DNA of 64,000 nucleotides from Escherichia coli. Its GTDB lineage: Bacteria > Pseudomonadota > Gammaproteobacteria > Enterobacterales > Enterobacteriaceae. The translations under genes and the position numbers were made by a program. Location: the NCBI RefSeq assembly GCF_046105845.1, contig NZ_CP151004.1. One strand, 5' to 3'. A model generated the notes under the pieces. The model did not search any database. It was not told the DNA's origin and saw only the letters and a program-made list of their open reading frames with translations. Below are positions 59,669 through 64,000 of the stretch, piece by piece. Numbering within the stretch: position 1 is the stretch's first letter; every line of letters begins with the position of its first letter.

Positions 59669-59684
59669 GGAATCGAACCTGCAA
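59669..59684 (-). other. 16-nt sequence identical to the argW T-arm segment immediately preceding the att core, separated from the core by torI
   Basis: Minus strand TTGCAGGTTCGATTCC; with the 59361-59375 core it reconstitutes the last 30 nt of argW. Confidence 0.45.
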
Positions 59685-59706
59685 ATCAGGCAATAAAAAA
59701 CCGCCA

Positions 59707-59874
59707 TCAGGCGGCTTGATGTTCTTTCAGTTCTTCAATTCGAATATTGGTTACGTCTGCATGTGCTATCTGCGCCCATATCATCCAGTGGTCATAGCAG
59801 TCGTTGATGTTCTCTGCTTCGATAACTCTGTTGAATGGTTCTCCATTCCATTCACCTGTGACTCGGAAGTGCAT
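59707..59874 (-). CDS. Small prophage ORF (55 aa), hypothetical
   Basis: ATG-initiated ORF MHFRVTGEWNGEPFNRVIEAENINDCYDHWMIWAQIAHADVTNIRIEELKEHQAA followed on the minus strand by a GC hairpin and T-run. Confidence 0.35.
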   Translation of the reverse strand: MHFRVTGEWNGEPFNRVIEAENINDCYDHWMIWAQIAHADVTNIRIEELKEHQAA

Positions 59875-59962
59875 TTATCATCTCCATAAAACAAAACCCT
59901 CCGTAGCGAGTTCAGATAAAAGAAATCCCCGCGAATGCGAGGATTGTTATGTAATATTTGGT

Positions 59963-60244
59963 TTAATCATCTATATGTTTTGTACAGAGAGGGCAAGTAT
60001 CGTTTCCACCGTACTCGTGATAATAATTTTGCACGGTAGCAGTCATTTCTCGCACATTGCAGAATGGGGATTTGTCTTCATTAGACTTATAAACCTTCAT
60101 GGAATATTTGTATGCCGACTCTATATCTATACCTTCATCTACATAAACACCTTCGTGATGTCTGCATGGAGACAAGACACCGGATCTGCACAACATTGAT
60201 AACGCCCAATCTTTTTGCTCAGACTCTAACTCATTGATACTCAT
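59963..60244 (-). CDS. Cys/His-rich hypothetical prophage protein (93 aa)
   Basis: ORF containing CRSGVLSPCRHH and CPLCTKH motifs; ea-region position. Confidence 0.45.
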   Translation of the reverse strand: MSINELESEQKDWALSMLCRSGVLSPCRHHEGVYVDEGIDIESAYKYSMKVYKSNEDKSPFCNVREMTATVQNYYHEYGGNDTCPLCTKHIDD

Positions 60245-60446
60245 TTATAAACTCCTTGCAATGTATGTCGTTTCAGCTAAACGGTATCAGCAATGTTTAT
60301 GTAAAGAAACAGTAAGATAATACTCAACCCGATGTTTGAGTACGGTCATCATCTGACACTACAGACTCTGGCATCGCTGTGAAGACGACGCGAAATTCAG
60401 CATTTTCACAAGCGTTATTTTTTACAAACCCGTATTCCTGCTCATA

Positions 60447-61070
60447 TCACTCTCCTTTGATGCGAATACCAGCAGTGCGCTCGGCTTCACTTTGTTCCCA
60501 AAACCACTTGTGAAGCTCCATAAGCTTTTCGTCAATCGGTGCATATTTGCGATTAAAGTAGGCCTGAGCATCTTTCTCAGATTCGTCCGGCAATTCGCCT
60601 GGGCCAAACAGTGTGTTATAAATCCATGCCAGTCCGCTTTTAGCGTCGCCAGTTGCCTGCCATTCGATAATCGCAGCCTGCATGACCAGAATGTTTTTCC
60701 CGATTAACAGGTCCAGTTCTTTGAACCGGTTGCGGATGTATGCATTCTCGCTTTGTAATTTTGCGTTGCGCTTCTCTGCGGCTTCCAGCTCAACACGCAG
60801 TTTCCCTACCGCTAGCGCAATTTCCTCGTTCTCCTGGTCGCGGCGTTTGATGTATTGCTGGTTTCTTTCCCGTTCATCCAGTAGTGCCAGCACGGTTTCT
60901 GGTCCGGCCAGAAATTTGAAGGCGTTGAGCGCATCAATATCCACACCGTAATCTTTAAGTTCCTGTTCACTTAACAAATCATCATCAGCTGGCAACATTA
61001 ACAGGCGTTCCATTGCTGGAATTGCACGTTCCGCCACCTCACGCAGTGCCTGGTAATTAATTTCGCTCAC
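60447..61070 (-). CDS. Lambdoid prophage ea-region protein, possibly Ea22-like (coiled-coil)
   Basis: 207-aa [27 protein letters not shown]... with central heptad-rich segment; start overlaps the upstream ORF stop (ATGA). Confidence 0.5.
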   Translation of the reverse strand: MSEINYQALREVAERAIPAMERLLMLPADDDLLSEQELKDYGVDIDALNAFKFLAGPETVLALLDERERNQQYIKRRDQENEEIALAVGKLRVELEAAEKRNAKLQSENAYIRNRFKELDLLIGKNILVMQAAIIEWQATGDAKSGLAWIYNTLFGPGELPDESEKDAQAYFNRKYAPIDEKLMELHKWFWEQSEAERTAGIRIKGE

Positions 61071-61516
61071 TGGTTGCCTCCTTTGCGAAGCTGGGCAGCA
61101 AAGTCACGGATAGTGTCATCAAGGTCTGGGCACAACAGATGGTCAGCAAACATCTCTACCCCCTGCGCCCGTACTTCAGCCAGGAAAGCATCGGTGGTTG
61201 GGGTTTCAGTAACATCATCTTCCCATTCGCCAAACTCCTCACGACAAAAGTCATTAAATTCCTTCTCAGATTGCTTAAGCGAGGTATTTTCTGCAGCCAT
61301 CTTCGCGCATTTAGCCTCAAGGTTATCAATCGTGATTCCAGCAGAACGACACTCCCGCAACGCCGTTTCCAGTTTTGATTCAAGCTCACCGAACTTACGC
61401 ACCAGATATTCAGCGTTTGTTTCGTTAACCTTTAAATCTCGTGGAAAGCATTTACCTTTCAGAAAACCATCCATCTCAATTAGTGACATTAGTTTCATTT
61501 CTTCCCACTCCGCCAC
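61067..61516 (-). CDS. Lambdoid prophage ea-region protein (coiled-coil, acidic), hypothetical
   Basis: 149-aa ORF translationally coupled to the downstream 207-aa ORF. Confidence 0.45.
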   Translation of the reverse strand: MAEWEEMKLMSLIEMDGFLKGKCFPRDLKVNETNAEYLVRKFGELESKLETALRECRSAGITIDNLEAKCAKMAAENTSLKQSEKEFNDFCREEFGEWEDDVTETPTTDAFLAEVRAQGVEMFADHLLCPDLDDTIRDFAAQLRKGGNQ

Positions 61517-61655
61517 ATAGCATTCAGATATTTGTTGTCATTAACAGAACCGAAACTATTTCTCTTAAGTAATTCCTCTCTCGATGGCATTGGCTTTACG
61601 CGTTGGCGAATAATCATTTCTGCCGGAAGAATGCCGGGATTGTATGCAAGTCCTC

Positions 61656-61946
61656 TCATGATTTACTCTCCACGAACTGGTCAACAGCCATGCTAAGTGA
61701 CACACCTAAAGTCTCGATATGTTGCTGAATATCCTGTAGCGTCTGCGCCTGAGATAACAGGATTTCACGGTTGCATAACTCTTTAGCCAGATGCTCAAAC
61801 TTGCTGTAATAACCGATACGACTTAGTGTTTCTTTGCCTGCATTCTCGCCTTCTTTGATAATTCCTCTTTCGCTAAGAATCAGATCGTGTTTGGTTCCGG
61901 TAATAACGTATTTTCCGAGGTCGATGTTTAGCTTCATTGTTTTCAT
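61656..61946 (-). CDS. Hypothetical prophage protein (96 aa; start moved to [13 protein letters not shown], which has a GAGGA RBS)
   Basis: The track ORF N-terminus overlaps the upstream gene and looks out-of-frame; internal ATG has a strong RBS. Confidence 0.4.
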   Translation of the reverse strand: MKTMKLNIDLGKYVITGTKHDLILSERGIIKEGENAGKETLSRIGYYSKFEHLAKELCNREILLSQAQTLQDIQQHIETLGVSLSMAVDQFVESKS

Positions 61947-61956
61947 TGTTAATTCC

Positions 61957-62253
61957 TCAGTCATTACTGATAGCGCCATAGCGTGAGCGGTAATTACGCA
62001 GGCGCGGGTCGATATATTCAGGGAAGTGGGTATATGTGGCTTTGCGGAATGGTCGGATTGATGTCTGGTAAATTCGCTCGCGTTCTTCTTTCTCTGCAAG
62101 CCATATACAATGGCGAAATTCCTTTTCCTCTTTCGTTTCCTGCGGTAGCGACATTATCCGGTCGTAGTTTTTCCTGAATTTATCCAGCACCTCCGATACG
62201 GAATTGCCGGAACAGCGGCGCGGGTCATCCGCACCATACAGAGGCGCTGGCAT
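61957..62253 (-). CDS. Hypothetical prophage protein (98 aa) just downstream of the Erf/SSB-like pair; Abc-like anti-RecBCD role is speculative
   Basis: Charged 98-aa ORF MPAPLYGADDPRRCSGNSVSEVLDKFRKNYDRIM...; occupies the position where P22-type operons carry abc genes. Confidence 0.35.
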   Translation of the reverse strand: MPAPLYGADDPRRCSGNSVSEVLDKFRKNYDRIMSLPQETKEEKEFRHCIWLAEKEERERIYQTSIRPFRKATYTHFPEYIDPRLRNYRSRYGAISND

Positions 62254-62276
62254 AATGGAATCCTTATGTTGCTAAT

Positions 62277-62660
62277 TTAGAAGGGAATTGAATCGTCGTA
62301 TTCAGGATGATTTTGATGATTGCTACTTTGTTGCTGTTGGCTGTTTCCTGAAGTTGCAAATCCAATCTTTGCATTCAGTAATTCAAGAGTGATTGATTGA
62401 CCATTTTGCCCCTGATAAACATCAACCCTGATGTTTTCTCCGGTAATTTCTACAATGCCACCTTCAACAAGAACACTACGGTAGTAATCCGCTTGCGCTC
62501 CCGGCTTGGCAAATACAACGGCGCTGTAGTTTGTCCATTCTTTCTTTTTTGTCTGGCGATCGTAATACTGAACGCCAGCACGGATGTTGAATCCGATATT
62601 TTCCCCGGCCTGAAACTCTCTTGCGGGCTTGTTTAGTCTTACAGTAATCGAATGTGCCAT
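62277..62660 (-). CDS. SSB-like single-strand DNA-binding protein with SSB-type acidic C-terminal tip (start taken at MAHSITVRLNK)
   Basis: 127-aa ORF ending ...QQQQSSNHQNHPEYDDSIPF (compare SSB C-terminus DDDIPF); ATG overlaps the erf stop (TAATG). Confidence 0.55.
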   Translation of the reverse strand: MAHSITVRLNKPAREFQAGENIGFNIRAGVQYYDRQTKKKEWTNYSAVVFAKPGAQADYYRSVLVEGGIVEITGENIRVDVYQGQNGQSITLELLNAKIGFATSGNSQQQQSSNHQNHPEYDDSIPF

Positions 62661-63265
62661 TAAGCAGCCGCTCCTTCTAATTCGTCTCGTCTGATGTTGT
62701 AAACGTCCTGCGCTTTGTGCTGCTCCGGTGTGCCTTCGAGCATCTTCCACGCTTTGGCGAACGCCTGTTTAAGCTCTTCTACGGTGTTTTTCTGCAATGC
62801 TGCGTCAGTGAATGCTTTTAGAACCTGTTCAGATGTAGGTGATGGTTTTGATTGCTTTGCTGCTGCGTTCTGCTGATGTTTATGCTCGTCGGTATCTGCA
62901 TCTTTCGCATCATCAATGCCGAACAAACCATTGAGGCAATACTTGCGTGCATAAGAGCTTGTAGCTCCAGTAACTTGTGCAGAATCCATTCCTTTCTTGC
63001 TTTCTTCCTCTCGTGCAAGGGCGGTTGCTGTATGACTGTTTTCGCCATCAGTAATAGTTGCTGTTGCTTTCACGTAATACCGATCACCAATCAACACAAC
63101 TTCATCGCTGATTGATAAAAACAGGCCATTCAGTAACGGCTTAACGCCTTCAAGAATGTCTTCGCAGCTTCTGTATTTATATTTACCGAATGAGTTGTAC
63201 TGATTCTTTGGCGCGTTCAGATTCTCCTGAATGGCTGCCAGTCTTGCGTAAAATTCTTTGCTCAT
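62660..63265 (-). CDS. erf: Erf-family single-strand annealing recombinase (start taken at MSKEFYARLAAIQ)
   Basis: Translation MSKEFYARLAAIQENLNAPKNQYNSFGKYKYRSCEDILEGVKPLL... recognised as phage P22 Erf-like. Confidence 0.8.
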   Translation of the reverse strand: MSKEFYARLAAIQENLNAPKNQYNSFGKYKYRSCEDILEGVKPLLNGLFLSISDEVVLIGDRYYVKATATITDGENSHTATALAREEESKKGMDSAQVTGATSSYARKYCLNGLFGIDDAKDADTDEHKHQQNAAAKQSKPSPTSEQVLKAFTDAALQKNTVEELKQAFAKAWKMLEGTPEQHKAQDVYNIRRDELEGAAA

Positions 63266-63275
63266 ATGTTTGTTC

Positions 63276-63446
63276 TCAGAATGGACACGGCCCAAGGAAA
63301 TAACGCTGATTTAATACTTCGACTCGGGACAAATTAAGGCATACCCGCATTCCTTCGCGGTCACCATTATGGCGATACCAGAGAGCTTTCTGCGTGTACA
63401 TGCGTCTCTGTAACTTGCTCTCCTTCACTGTGGTTGCAAGTGACAT
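63276..63446 (-). CDS. Small prophage ORF (56 aa) immediately upstream of erf (Arf-position), hypothetical
   Basis: ATG with AGGAG RBS 6 nt upstream; MSLATTVKESKLQRRMYTQKALWYRHNGDREGMRVCLNLSRVEVLNQRYFLGPCPF; stop 10 nt before the erf start. Confidence 0.4.
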   Translation of the reverse strand: MSLATTVKESKLQRRMYTQKALWYRHNGDREGMRVCLNLSRVEVLNQRYFLGPCPF

Positions 63447-63525
63447 GAATATCTCCTTCGTTACCGATTAAATCTTTCATCTGACGAATGAATTCTTCGT
63501 CTGACCAGTTATCTGTAAAACTCAT
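63367..63525 (-). CDS. Small prophage ORF (52 aa, acidic; kil-position), overlaps the 56-aa ORF in another frame
   Basis: MSFTDNWSDEEFIRQMKDLIGNEGDIHVTCNHSEGEQVTETHVHAESSLVSP; weak RBS spacing; at most one of the two overlapping frames is likely expressed. Confidence 0.25.
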   Translation of the reverse strand: MSFTDNWSDEEFIRQMKDLIGNEGDIHVTCNHSEGEQVTETHVHAESSLVSP

Positions 63526-63658
63526 TTCCTGCGATACCACGGAAGGTTGATAGCTGATTTCATCGCTTTATTTGCTTCAAGCCACATTTTGGAATCACCA
63601 ATAAATCTGGCTATTACTGCTTTGTTTTGTGCCGCACGAAGCATCTGGTGATTAATGG

Positions 63659-63793
63659 CTATTTCATTTCGCATAACGCCTCCAGTTGTTTCTTTGCTGC
63701 TCTGATTAATTGTTTAACTCGGCGTGATAATTCAGATTCGTGCGGGTAGAAAGCGGACATGACGCCGCTACCCGCGAGCTGAAAGTGCATCAT
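63659..63793 (-). CDS. Small cIII-like protein (43 aa; candidate FtsH-inhibitor type)
   Basis: ATG ATG with AAGGAG RBS; MMHFQLAGSGVMSAFYPHESELSRRVKQLIRAAKKQLEALCEMK, with an amphipathic helix resembling the lambda CIII core. Confidence 0.4.
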   Translation of the reverse strand: MMHFQLAGSGVMSAFYPHESELSRRVKQLIRAAKKQLEALCEMK

Positions 63794-63857
63794 GGGTAAC
63801 TCCTTATATTTGATTGCATAACGAAAACGCCTCAAGTGAAGCGTTATTGGTATGCAT

Positions 63858-63883
63858 ATAAAAAAGCCCTCACACTGGAGGGC
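63858..63883 (-). terminator. Rho-independent terminator in the prophage leftward operon (tL1-like position upstream of the cIII-like gene)
   Basis: Hairpin gccctc-acactg-gagggc followed on the minus strand by a T-run. Confidence 0.5.
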
Positions 63884-64000
63884 AAAGAAGATTTCCAATA
63901 ATCAGAACAAGTCGTCTCCTGTTTAGTTACGAGCGACATTGCTCCGTGTATTCACTCGTTGTAATGAATACACAGTGCAGTGTTTATTCTGTTGTTTATG

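Larger units (their letters stand above)
59361..64000. mobile_element. Left end (attR side) of a lambdoid KplE1/CPS-53-like prophage integrated at argW; continues beyond the window
   Basis: argW-derived att core, torI, ea-region ORFs, translationally coupled erf and SSB-like genes, small cIII/kil/arf-position ORFs, all on the minus strand pointing toward att. Confidence 0.8.

Noticed and set aside
61947-62099. N-terminal 51 codons of the 147-aa track ORF (MQRKKNASEFTRHQSDHSAKPH...)
   Set aside because: Overlaps the upstream 98-aa gene in another frame and has unlikely composition; an internal ATG with a GAGGA RBS (61946) is the more plausible start.
63910-63990. Inverted repeat gtgtattca...tgaatacac near the window end as a possible operator or nut-like site
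   Set aside because: Truncated by the window edge with no adjacent gene context visible; cannot be interpreted.

Overview
This window reads as Escherichia coli chromosome, collinear with the K-12 cysM-ptsHI-crr-cysK-zipA-ligA ... evgAS-emrKY-dsdA region, ending in an accessory island and the end of a prophage. All identifications rest on reading the translated ORFs, motifs and RNA sequences by eye; no database search was possible. Core genes in order: cysM (3' part), yfeK, pdxK, crr-ptsI-ptsH, cysK, cysZ, zipA, ligA, ypeB, yfeH, yfeR, tRNA genes valU-valX-valY-lysV, gltX, yfeD-yfeC, tRNA alaX-alaW, yfeA/pdeA, nupC, mntH, ypeC, yfeO, glk, the fryB-fryC-ypdF-ypdE-fryA PTS operon, ypdC-ypdB-ypdA, alaC, ypdK, lpxP, yfdY, ypdI, yfdX-frc-oxc-yfdV-yfdE, evgS-evgA, emrK-emrY and dsdA. 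Three places differ from the K-12 layout. (1) xapABR-yfeN is absent between yfeR and lysV; a 113-aa FlxA-like ORF with a sigma-28-type promoter sits there. (2) dsdC and most of dsdX are replaced by a cscR-cscA-cscK-cscB sucrose island, leaving a dsdX 3' remnant and intact dsdA. (3) From about 59.36 kb a lambdoid KplE1/CPS-53-like prophage begins at an argW-type attR core, with torI, ea-region ORFs, an Erf recombinase coupled to an SSB-like gene, and small cIII/kil/arf-position ORFs; it runs off the window end. I found no CRISPR array, rRNA or IS element, and no convincing novel defence system in the visible part. The least characterised content is the prophage early-left operon, the FlxA-like gene and the fry PTS-peptidase operon.
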